15,303 nucleotides of DNA from Candidatus Thermofontivivens primus (GCA_031458695.1 JAVKJW010000012.1:1-15303), one strand, 5' to 3'; counted from the stretch's first letter, positions 1 to 7,668 are shown. The notes: generated from the sequence alone by a model not told the origin. Translations and numbers: made by a program.

Positions 1-1
1 G

Positions 2-403
2 TGCACCTACACTGCTGCAGACCTTGCTGGAACTTCCCGCATGAAGTACGCCCCGAACGTCCGGGTGATCCGCGTGATGTGCTCCGGGCGGGTGGATCCG
101 CAGTTCGTCCTGGACGCCTTTGCCCGTGGTGCTGACGGTGTCCTCATCGGTGGGTGCCATCCTGGCGACTGTCACTACATGGAGGGGAACTACAAGTGCC
201 TTCGTCGCTTCCTGCTCCTGCGGCGCGTGATGAAGGAACTGGGGATTGAGGAGGAGCGCCTCCGCCTGGAATGGATCTCGGCTTCAGAGGGAGAGAAGGT
301 CAGGGCAGTCATCAACGAGATGACAGAAGTAATTCGTAGGCTCGGCCCTCTTCATCGAGAGGTTCCTGCGGAACGAGAGGCCGTGGAGGTGGCGGCGTCA
401 TGA
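2..403 (+). CDS. mvhD: Methyl-viologen-reducing hydrogenase delta subunit ([2Fe-2S] MvhD/FlpD family), 5'-truncated by the window edge
   Basis: The frame is open from base 2 (CTYTAADLAGTSRMKY...), so ATG 41 is internal. Hallmark motifs are RVMCSGRVDP, GADGVLIGGCHPGDCHY and LEWISASEG. The stop overlaps the mvhG start (ATGA 400-403). It could also be the C-terminal domain of an HdrA-MvhD fusion. Confidence 0.92.
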   Translation, partial: CTYTAADLAGTSRMKYAPNVRVIRVMCSGRVDPQFVLDAFARGADGVLIGGCHPGDCHYMEGNYKCLRRFLLLRRVMKELGIEEERLRLEWISASEGEKVRAVINEMTEVIRRLGPLHREVPAEREAVEVAAS

Positions 404-1407
404 CAAGTTCGTCGGAAAAACCCAAGGTCGCCTTCTACTGGTGCGCCTCCTGTGGCGGGTGCGAGGAAGCGGTCGTGGACCTCGCCGAGAAGATCTTGGA
501 TGTGGTTGGGGCCGTGGACATCGTCTTCTGGCCGGTGGCGTTGGACTTCAAGCGCGCAGACGTAGAAGCGCTGCCCGATGGGTCCATCCTTGCTTCCTTC
601 ATCAACGGGGCAGTTCGCACCAGTGAACAGGAGGAGATGGTACGACTTTTGCGGAGGAAGTCCCAGCTCCTCATCGCCTTCGGTGCCTGCGCCCACATGG
701 GCGGCATCCCAGGTCTTGGAAACCTCTGGGATCGCCAGCACATCTTCCAGAAGGTCTACCTCGAATCCCCCAGCACGGTCAATCCCGATGGCGTGCTGCC
801 GCAAGTGGAATACGAAGAGGATGGGCGGAAGGTCGTGCTTCCTGAGTTTTACGACACAGTGCGCTCTCTCGATCAGGTGGTCGAGGTGGATTACTACATC
901 CCAGGTTGTGCTCCAACTCCACCGGTTATTCTGAATGCCGTGCAAACCCTCCTCAGTGGCCAACTCCCTCCCAAGGGTACAGTCCTTGCACCAGACAGGG
1001 CTTTGTGCGAAGAATGCCCACGCAAAGACACGAAGCCCGAGAAGCTGATCTTAACCGAGTTCAAGCGCCCTCACGAGATCTTGATCGACGAGGAGAAATG
1101 TCTCCTGGCTCAAGGAGTTCTCTGCATGGGACCTGCGACACGTGCTGGTTGCGAGGCGCTGTGTATCAAAGGGAACATGCCATGCACCGGTTGCTTCGGT
1201 CCCACAAGCCGCGTGCGTGATTTCGGGGCGAAGATCCTCTCCGCCGTTGCCTCCATCACAGGGAGCAACGAAGAAAGCGAACTCGAGCGTATCCTAAGCC
1301 AGATCCCAGATCCAGTGGGCACGTTCTATCGGTACAGCTTGCCCGCTTCGTTGTTGCGACGGAGAAGAATGGCGGCTATGGTGCAAAGGGAGAGTGAACG
1401 GCAATGA
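400..1407 (+). CDS. mvhG: Group 3c [NiFe]-hydrogenase small subunit (MvhG/VhuG)
   Basis: Proximal-cluster motifs CASCGGC, FGAC and YIPGCAP. C-terminal Cys set LCEECPR, CLLAQG, CMGPATRAGC, LC and PCTGCFGP, plus the DPVGTFYRYSL tail. No signal peptide. Lies between mvhD and mvhA. Confidence 0.93.
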   Translation: MTSSSEKPKVAFYWCASCGGCEEAVVDLAEKILDVVGAVDIVFWPVALDFKRADVEALPDGSILASFINGAVRTSEQEEMVRLLRRKSQLLIAFGACAHMGGIPGLGNLWDRQHIFQKVYLESPSTVNPDGVLPQVEYEEDGRKVVLPEFYDTVRSLDQVVEVDYYIPGCAPTPPVILNAVQTLLSGQLPPKGTVLAPDRALCEECPRKDTKPEKLILTEFKRPHEILIDEEKCLLAQGVLCMGPATRAGCEALCIKGNMPCTGCFGPTSRVRDFGAKILSAVASITGSNEESELERILSQIPDPVGTFYRYSLPASLLRRRRMAAMVQRESERQ

Positions 1408-2969
1408 CAGAGAAATCGCTTCCTGATCCTCTTGAGAAGGCTTGGGAGAAAGTCCGGCAGTCCGCAAACGTTCATTCCCTCCAACGCCGTATCACCATCG
1501 ACCCCATCACGCGCTTGGAAGGCCACGGCAAGATTGAGATCTTCTTGAACGAGTCGGGAAACGTCGAGCGTGCCTATTTCCAGGTTCCTGAGCTGAGGGG
1601 ATTTGAGAAGTTCGTCGAGGGGCGGCCTGCGGAAGAGATGCCCCAAATCACCTCACGGATCTGTGGTGTCTGTCCTACTGCCCACCACATGGCCTCGACG
1701 AAGGCTCTCGATGACCTTTATCAGGTAGACCCGCCATCGGTCGCAAAGAAGATCCGAGAGCTGTTCTACAGCACCTTCATGGTCGAGGACCACGCCCTCC
1801 ACTTCTACTTCCTCGGTGGTCCGGATTTTGTGGTCGGCCCAACAGCACCGGCGGCGGAGCGCAATGTGTTAGGCGTGATCGCCAAGGTGGGGATTGAGAC
1901 AGGGCAGAAAGTCATTGCGATGCGCCGGAAGCTGCGGGAGATCCTGGCGGCCGTGGGCGGGAAGGCGGTCCACCCGGTGTTGGGCCTTCCAGGCGGCGTA
2001 GCGAAGCGCATCACCCCAGAGATGCAGGCACAGATACAGGCTGTGGCCAAGGAGGCTGTGGACTTTGCCCAGTTCACCCTGGAAGTTTTCCACGACGTTG
2101 TATTGAAGAACACGGACTATGTGAACTTGATCCTCTCCGATGTGTTTACCCACCGGACCTATTACATGGGGCTAGTGGACCAGAACAATCACGTCAACTT
2201 CTACGACGGGTGGATCCGCGTGGTCTCCCCGGAAGGGAAAGAGCTGGCGAAGTTCCGGGCTCAACAGTACCTCGATTACATTGCCGAACACGTTGAGCCA
2301 TGGAGTTATGTGAAGTTCTGCTATCTTAAGCCTATTGGGTGGAAAGGGTTCACGGACGGGCTAGACAGCGGAGTCTACTGTGTTGCGCCCCTCGCCCGCT
2401 TGAACGCTTCGGAGGGAATGGCGACACCACTGGCCCAAGAGGCCTATCGAGAGTTCTATGTCACGCTGGGTGGGAAACCCGTCCACCATACCCTGGCAAA
2501 TCACTGGGCACGGGTGATCGAACTCCTCTACGCTGCAGAGCGCATGAAGGAACTGGCAGACGATCCTGAACTCACTGATCCGCAAGTCCGCACTCTGCCG
2601 ACTGCCACGCCGCGCGAAGGGATCGGTGTCGTAGAAGCACCTCGCGGCACACTCATCCATCACTACCAGACAGATGAGCGGGGTGTGATTCAGAAGGCGA
2701 ACCTGATTGTGGCGACACAGAACAATGCTGCGCGCATTGCGATGAGCGTGGAGAAAGCCGCAAAAGGGCTCATCTCGGGTGGCTCCATCCCTGAGGGTAT
2801 CCTGAACATGGTGGAGATGGCGTTCCGGGCATATGATCCTTGTCATGCATGTGCCACCCACTCCCTCCCTGGAAGCATGCCCTTGTTGATCCGGGTCCGG
2901 GATCCGAAAGGGAAGACGGTGGCAACGTTACGGCGGGATTTTGATGGAAGCGTGTATCGTGAGCCGTGA
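1404..2969 (+). CDS. mvhA: Group 3c [NiFe]-hydrogenase large subunit (MvhA/VhuA)
   Basis: IDPITRLEGH, L1 SRICGVCPTAH, EAPRGTLIHHY and L2 RAYDPCHACATH, followed by a cleavable C-terminal extension. All four ligands are Cys (no Sec). ATGA overlap with the mvhG stop. Confidence 0.95.
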   Translation: MTEKSLPDPLEKAWEKVRQSANVHSLQRRITIDPITRLEGHGKIEIFLNESGNVERAYFQVPELRGFEKFVEGRPAEEMPQITSRICGVCPTAHHMASTKALDDLYQVDPPSVAKKIRELFYSTFMVEDHALHFYFLGGPDFVVGPTAPAAERNVLGVIAKVGIETGQKVIAMRRKLREILAAVGGKAVHPVLGLPGGVAKRITPEMQAQIQAVAKEAVDFAQFTLEVFHDVVLKNTDYVNLILSDVFTHRTYYMGLVDQNNHVNFYDGWIRVVSPEGKELAKFRAQQYLDYIAEHVEPWSYVKFCYLKPIGWKGFTDGLDSGVYCVAPLARLNASEGMATPLAQEAYREFYVTLGGKPVHHTLANHWARVIELLYAAERMKELADDPELTDPQVRTLPTATPREGIGVVEAPRGTLIHHYQTDERGVIQKANLIVATQNNAARIAMSVEKAAKGLISGGSIPEGILNMVEMAFRAYDPCHACATHSLPGSMPLLIRVRDPKGKTVATLRRDFDGSVYREP

Positions 2970-2985
2970 ATCATGAGTCGCTCAC

Positions 2986-3552
2986 ATGAAGATCCGTGTA
3001 GTGTGCTTGGGAAACGATTTGCTCGCCGATGACGCGTTCGGCCCTACTGTAGGCGAGAAGCTTCAGAAGAGCCTCCCAGATGACGTGGAGGTGATCACAA
3101 CCTCCGCATCAGGGTTCAGCCTCCTGGAAGAGATTCTCGGCATCACGCACCTCCTCGTGGTCGACACCGTCCTCACGGGCAGGGACCCTCCTGGGACGAT
3201 TTTCCTATGGCGTGATGAGGAAGTGCAAATTATCCCGGGCAGCTCTCCGCACTACGTTGGACTGTTCGAGGCGCTGGAGTTAGGGAGAAAACTCTGCCTG
3301 CGCGTGCCTGATGAGGTGGTGATCCTGGCTATCGAGGCAGCAGACTGTACCACCGTGGGTGGTCCCATGCACTCGGATGTGCAGGCAGCCATCCCCGTTG
3401 CTGTGCGCTTGGCCCAGGAGATCGTTCTCGATTGGTGGAAGAGAGGAAGGCCTGACGGGGCCTCGCTATCCCCTGTCCAGGGGGATGCTCTTCGTGTAGA
3501 CCGTGTAGACTGTGCAGACTGTGTAGACCGTGGTGGTGAGACGTATGCATGA
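2986..3552 (+). CDS. Hydrogenase maturation endopeptidase (HybD/HycI family) with a repeat-derived C-terminal tail
   Basis: N-terminal CLGNDLLADDAFG motif, LLVVDT and SPHYVGL (His motif). Directly follows the large subunit, which has a C-terminal extension. Confidence 0.9.
   Translation: MKIRVVCLGNDLLADDAFGPTVGEKLQKSLPDDVEVITTSASGFSLLEEILGITHLLVVDTVLTGRDPPGTIFLWRDEEVQIIPGSSPHYVGLFEALELGRKLCLRVPDEVVILAIEAADCTTVGGPMHSDVQAAIPVAVRLAQEIVLDWWKRGRPDGASLSPVQGDALRVDRVDCADCVDRGGETYA
3493..3532 (+). repeat. 9-bp tandem array 1 (YGTGTAGAC), in frame in the protease C-terminus
   Basis: CGTGTAGAC CGTGTAGAC TGTGCAGAC TGTGTAGAC CGTG; translates as RVD-RVD-CAD-CVD-R. Confidence 0.95.
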
Positions 3553-3925
3553 ACTCGGTTTGACAGAGGACATTCTGGCTACGGCGTTAGAGACGGCACA
3601 GAGAGCAGGAGCGCAGGCGATCTCCCGGTTGGTTTTGGTGTTGAGCAGTGCCTCTCATATCGATCCGGAGGTGGTCCGCACGCACTTTGCTTCCATCAGC
3701 CGGGGGACTCTTGCGGAAGGAGCTGAACTGGTCTTCCGTACCCGGACCATTGAGCAAGCCTGCATGTACTGTGGAAGGACGTTCGTCGTGGACAGCGAGC
3801 TTGCCTGTCCGCAGTGCGGGACACCGGTGGACCCCCATATGCTGGGAGGAGAGATGACCCTGGAGAGCATCGAAGTCGTCACCCCGGGCGAGACGCCAGG
3901 CGCTCACCCGGTGCAGGAACGCTGA
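3545..3925 (+). CDS. hypA: Hydrogenase nickel metallochaperone HypA
   Basis: N-terminal MHE Ni motif (ATG 3545, overlapping the protease stop), Zn site CMYC...CPQC and GGEMTLESIEV C-terminus. Confidence 0.9.
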   Translation: MHELGLTEDILATALETAQRAGAQAISRLVLVLSSASHIDPEVVRTHFASISRGTLAEGAELVFRTRTIEQACMYCGRTFVVDSELACPQCGTPVDPHMLGGEMTLESIEVVTPGETPGAHPVQER

Positions 3926-3947
3926 ACGGGATGGGAGGTGTTGTGCC

Positions 3948-4598
3948 TTGTCGCAGGAACTGGCTGTCCTCGTGTTGACTTCTGCGTCGATTGGGTTCCT
4001 TCACGTGCTCGCTGGGCCCGATCATTACCTTCCCTTCATCGCCATGGCCAGGGCAAGACGCTGGTCCCTAGCCAGGACGGCCTGGATCACCGCCTTGTGC
4101 GGGGTGGGCCATATTGGGAGTTCGGTCCTGTTGGCTCTTCTCGGCATTGCCCTGGGGATTGCTACATCAAAGCTAGAGGCTCTGGAATCCTTCCGTGGTA
4201 GTCTTGCTGCGTGGGGACTCATCTCGTTTGGGCTCTTGTATTTCGTCTGGGGAATGCGCGCAGCCTACCGTCGGTTGTCGCACCAGGAGGAGTGGGAGGG
4301 GGGACCTCCTGTGGCCAGCTTGGCTCCCTGGATCCTGTTCACGATCTTTGTCTTCGGCCCCTGCGAACCATTGATCCCCCTGCTCTTATATCCTGCTGTC
4401 AAGGGCAGCCTCTTCCGGATGGCGCTGGTTACGGGGATCTTCGGGAGCGCGACGATCCTCACCATGCTTGGCATCGTCCTTCCCTCGACCCTGGGCCTTG
4501 CTTTCCTACCCATGGCGCGCCTGGAGCGATACCGTGATGCCCTTGCTGGTGCGACGATCTGTATGTGCGGCCTGGCAGTCCAGTTCCTAGGGTTGTAG
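3948..4598 (+). CDS. Polytopic membrane protein, probable nickel permease (UreH/NiCoT-like, DsbD_2/TauE-type superfamily)
   Basis: About six hydrophobic segments. Motifs are HVLAGPDH in TM1, GHIGSS in TM2 and GPCEPLIP. TTG start preceded by GGAGGTG. Lies inside a hyp cluster. The substrate is inferred from context. Confidence 0.7.
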   Translation: MSQELAVLVLTSASIGFLHVLAGPDHYLPFIAMARARRWSLARTAWITALCGVGHIGSSVLLALLGIALGIATSKLEALESFRGSLAAWGLISFGLLYFVWGMRAAYRRLSHQEEWEGGPPVASLAPWILFTIFVFGPCEPLIPLLLYPAVKGSLFRMALVTGIFGSATILTMLGIVLPSTLGLAFLPMARLERYRDALAGATICMCGLAVQFLGL

Positions 4599-4701
4599 CG
4601 CGATGCAGGAACCCAGAAGATCTCAGGGCAGGATGTTACTGGAGGACTTGGTCCCCGCGAGGTGTCGCCGGTAAAAGTCAAGACGTTTGCCAGGTGATGC
4701 A

Positions 4702-7161
4702 ATGATCACAGAGGAGCAGATTCTCCGGGCACACCTAAAGATCCAGGGAGCGGTGCAAGGGGTAGGCTTTCGCCCGTTTGTGTTCCGGCTCGCCACAGAG
4801 TTGCAGTTGAAGGGGTGGGTGCGGAACTCCCCCCAGGGAGTGTGCATCGAGGTAGAAGGGGAGCGTGCGCGAATCGAGGAATTCCTTCAGCGCTTGGAGC
4901 GAGAGAAACCCCCACGATCGGTAATCCACAGCCTCGACGTTTCCTTCCTAGATGCGCGAGGGTACTCCTCATTCGAGATCCTGCACAGCGAAGGGGGCGG
5001 AGACCGGACGGCCCTGGTCCTTCCCGATGTGGCCACCTGTGCAGATTGCCTGGTTGAGATCTTTGACCCTGAGAACCGCCGATTCCGCTACCCTTTCACC
5101 AACTGCACCAACTGCGGCCCGCGGTTCACGATCATCCGTTCCCTTCCTTACGACCGGCCGAACACGACGATGCGGCACTTCTCCATGTGTCCTCTGTGCC
5201 GGGCCGAGTACGAGGATCCTCTCGATCGACGATTCCATGCGCAGCCCAACGCATGTCCTACCTGCGGGCCAAATGTCATGCTCTACGGCCCATCCCTACA
5301 GATACAGTCTACACGGTCTACACGGTCTTCACAGTCTACACAGCCTCTGGAGGGAAGGGCCGGGCAAGTTCTTCTTGCCAAAGGAGACGATGCTCTGCGG
5401 CGAGCAGCGGAAGCCTTGCGTGCGGGGAAGATCGTTGCGGTAAAGGGCCTTGGCGGATTCCACCTCATGGTGGATGCGCGGAACAACGCAGCGATCTCGC
5501 GGTTACGAGAGCGGAAACCTAGGAGGGATAAACCTTTTGCTATCATGGTCAGGGACCTCGACCAGGCGCGGGCCCTCTGCGAGGTGCCTCTTGAAGCAGA
5601 GCGACTTCTCACCTCTCCCGAGGCTCCCATCGTCCTCTTGCGGCGCCGGCCAGATGCCCCCGTGGCAGAGAACGTGGCCCCTGGCAATCCAAACCTAGGG
5701 ATCATGCTCCCCTATACCCCGCTCCATCACCTCCTGCTCCGAGAGGTGGACTTCCCCGTAGTGGCCACGAGCGGCAACCTGACCGATGAACCTATCTGTA
5801 CCAATGAACTGGAGGCCTTCCAGCGTCTGGGTCACGTCGCTGACCTCTTCCTGGTTCATGACCGTCCCATCGAGCGGCACGTGGACGACAGCGTAGCGTG
5901 GATCGTCCTTGACGAACCGCGGCTGCTTCGCCGTGCAAGGGGCTATGCACCCCTGCCGGTGATCGTCTCTCGAGAGATCCCCACCATCCTCGCCGTTGGG
6001 GCTCACCTCAAGAACACCATCGCCTTGAGCATTGGGCGTCGCGTATTCATTAGCCAGCACATCGGCGATCTGGAGACGCCAGAAGCACTACAAGCTTTTG
6101 AGCGCGTCATCGCTGACTTCCTGCGTCTTTATGAGGCGACGCCCGTTGCCATTGCCTATGACATGCATCCAGACTACCCCTCGACACGATGGGCCCAACG
6201 AGTGCAGAGGAGCGGAGGAGCAGAGGAGCGGAGGAGCTTAGAAGATATCACCCCTGCCCCTCTGCTCCCTTGCTCCCATGCGCTCTTGGTTCCCGTCCAG
6301 CACCACCACGCACACCTGGCTTCTTGTTTGGCGGAGAACGGCGTGGATGGCCCTGCCCTGGGTGTAACCTGGGATGGCACCGGGTACGGCACCGACGGGA
6401 CGATCTGGGGTGGGGAGTTCCTGCTGGGCGATGCAAGGTGGGTTACCCGTGTGGCACACCTCCGGCCCTTCCGCCTGCCCGGGGGCGAGGCGGCGATCCG
6501 TGAGCCACGCCGTGTTGGCCTGGCCCTGCTGTGGGAACTTTACGGGGAGGAGGTGCTGGCCATGGAAGACCTCGCGCCGGTACGTGCGATCCCTCCTACT
6601 GAACGCCGCGTACTCGTCCAGATGCTGCGCCGGGGGGTCAACTGCCCTGTGACGACGAGCGCTGGCCGTCTCTTCGATGGCATCGCTTCTCTCTTGGATC
6701 TTCACCAGCGGGTGACGTTCGAGGGCCAGGCAGCCATGGCCCTAGAGTTTGCGGCAGAACCCTGCGGGGACGGGGCATACCCTCTCCCCTTGCGGGAGAG
6801 AGTGCAGGGTGAGAGAGGAAGGATCGCTATACTTGACTGGCAACCCCTCGTCGAGGCAATTCTGGAGGATCTCAGGCGCGGCGTGCCGCTGGGGATCATC
6901 TCGGCGCGCTTCCACAACGCCCTCGTGGAGGCCATCCTGTCCGTGGCGATGCTCGTTGGGGAGAGGCGTGTGGCCCTGACTGGGGGATGTTTCCAAAACC
7001 GGTTGCTGCTAGAGCGGGCAGCCCGGCGACTGCGCGAGGAAGGTTTTGAGGTCGTTCTCCATCGCCAGGTCCCGCCGAACGACGGCGGCATCAGCTTGGG
7101 GCAGATCATGGTCGCCGCAGCACGCCTGGAGGGGAGCGGAGATGCACTTTCTCATGGGTGA
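4702..7161 (+). CDS. hypF: Carbamoyltransferase HypF
   Basis: Acylphosphatase domain (GAVQGVGFRPFV), Zn fingers (CADC, CTNCGPR, CPLC, CPTCGP), YrdC-like domain (KGLGGFHL, TSGN) and Kae1-like domain (QHHHAH, DGTGYG, PPNDGGISLGQ). ATG 4702 is preceded by AGGTGA. Confidence 0.97.
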   Translation: MITEEQILRAHLKIQGAVQGVGFRPFVFRLATELQLKGWVRNSPQGVCIEVEGERARIEEFLQRLEREKPPRSVIHSLDVSFLDARGYSSFEILHSEGGGDRTALVLPDVATCADCLVEIFDPENRRFRYPFTNCTNCGPRFTIIRSLPYDRPNTTMRHFSMCPLCRAEYEDPLDRRFHAQPNACPTCGPNVMLYGPSLQIQSTRSTRSSQSTQPLEGRAGQVLLAKGDDALRRAAEALRAGKIVAVKGLGGFHLMVDARNNAAISRLRERKPRRDKPFAIMVRDLDQARALCEVPLEAERLLTSPEAPIVLLRRRPDAPVAENVAPGNPNLGIMLPYTPLHHLLLREVDFPVVATSGNLTDEPICTNELEAFQRLGHVADLFLVHDRPIERHVDDSVAWIVLDEPRLLRRARGYAPLPVIVSREIPTILAVGAHLKNTIALSIGRRVFISQHIGDLETPEALQAFERVIADFLRLYEATPVAIAYDMHPDYPSTRWAQRVQRSGGAEERRSLEDITPAPLLPCSHALLVPVQHHHAHLASCLAENGVDGPALGVTWDGTGYGTDGTIWGGEFLLGDARWVTRVAHLRPFRLPGGEAAIREPRRVGLALLWELYGEEVLAMEDLAPVRAIPPTERRVLVQMLRRGVNCPVTTSAGRLFDGIASLLDLHQRVTFEGQAAMALEFAAEPCGDGAYPLPLRERVQGERGRIAILDWQPLVEAILEDLRRGVPLGIISARFHNALVEAILSVAMLVGERRVALTGGCFQNRLLLERAARRLREEGFEVVLHRQVPPNDGGISLGQIMVAAARLEGSGDALSHG
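5286..5362. repeat. 9-bp tandem array 2 (reverse orientation, 5304-5343) enclosed by 17-bp imperfect inverted repeats, in frame in hypF
   Basis: The array reads ACAGTCTAC ACGGTCTAC ACGGTCTTC ACAGTCTAC ACAG (QSTRSTRSSQSTQ). Left arm 5286-5302 CGGCCCATCCCTACAGA matches the reverse complement of 5346-5362 (CGGCCCTTCCCTCCAGA) at 15/17. Confidence 0.9.
6204..6281. repeat. 8-bp tandem repeat with a degenerate inverted copy, in frame in hypF
   Basis: GCAGAGGA GCGGAGGA GCAGAGGA GCGGAGGA GC (6204-6237), then a 12-nt spacer, then ACCCCTGC CCCTCTGC TCCCTTGC TCCCATGC (6250-6281). Each of the last four units matches TCCTCTGC at 6-7/8. Confidence 0.88.
6780..6813 (-). repeat. REP-like palindromic element, intragenic copy in frame in hypF
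   Basis: CCCTCTCCCCTTGCGGGAGAGAGTGCAGGGTGAG is 31/34 identical to the reverse complement of 9892-9925. It encodes PLPLRERVQGE. Confidence 0.88.
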
Positions 7162-7375
7162 ACTTGTAGAGATCTACGAGGAGAACGGGGTACGTGTGGG
7201 CAAGGTGCGCGTGGGAGGATCTATCACCCGCGCTGTCCTGGCGTTTTTGCCTGAGGCTCGCGTAGGGGATACGGTCTTTATCCACGCGGGGATTGCCCTT
7301 GCCAAGATATCCGGGGTTCCTTCGGCATCCCTTCACCGTGTAGACCGTGAAGACTGTGTAGACCGTGTAGACTGA
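7142..7375 (+). CDS. HypC/HupF-like paralogue lacking the N-terminal Cys
   Basis: MHFLMGELVEIYEENGVRVGKVRVGG...LPEARVGDTVFIHAGIALAKI aligns by eye with the adjacent HypC ([19 protein letters not shown]...[20 protein letters not shown]). GGAG lies 5 nt upstream of ATG 7142, and the gene overlaps the hypF stop. Confidence 0.82.
   Translation: MHFLMGELVEIYEENGVRVGKVRVGGSITRAVLAFLPEARVGDTVFIHAGIALAKISGVPSASLHRVDREDCVDRVD
7335..7374 (+). repeat. 9-bp tandem array 3, forming the C-terminus and stop of the HypC-like gene
   Basis: AC CGTGTAGAC CGTGAAGAC TGTGTAGAC CGTGTAGAC TG, then A (completing TGA), G and the hypC ATG. Confidence 0.95.
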
Positions 7376-7376
7376 G

Positions 7377-7652
7377 ATGTGTCTCGGCGTTCCGGGGAAA
7401 GTCGTTCACATCGAGGAGACCCCTCAGGGGATCCGCATGGGGAAGGTGAGCTTCGGGGGCATCACCAAGGAGGTGTGCCTTGCGTATACTCCCGAGGTGC
7501 AGGTGGGAGATTACGTGGTGGTCCACGTGGGTTTCGCTATCAGCAAGATCGATGAAAAGGAGGCGCTGGAGGTTTTCGCCCTGTTGCGCGAAATGGGGGA
7601 AACGGCCTCACTCGCCGAAGATGAACTTAACCAGATAGATCCGACAGGCTAG
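7377..7652 (+). CDS. hypC: Hydrogenase maturation chaperone HypC
   Basis: MCLGVPG N-terminus, [13 protein letters not shown] and the DEKEA helix. Confidence 0.96.
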   Translation: MCLGVPGKVVHIEETPQGIRMGKVSFGGITKEVCLAYTPEVQVGDYVVVHVGFAISKIDEKEALEVFALLREMGETASLAEDELNQIDPTG

Positions 7653-7668
7653 ATCTGCTAAACACGAG

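Noticed and set aside
2..2969. Selenocysteine (Vhu-type) recoding
   Set aside because: All visible ligand positions are Cys codons, and the TGA codons are ordinary gene ends.
4603..4674. 23-codon ORF or hypB remnant between the transporter and hypF
   Set aside because: No SD and no similarity to HypB motifs; too short to support.
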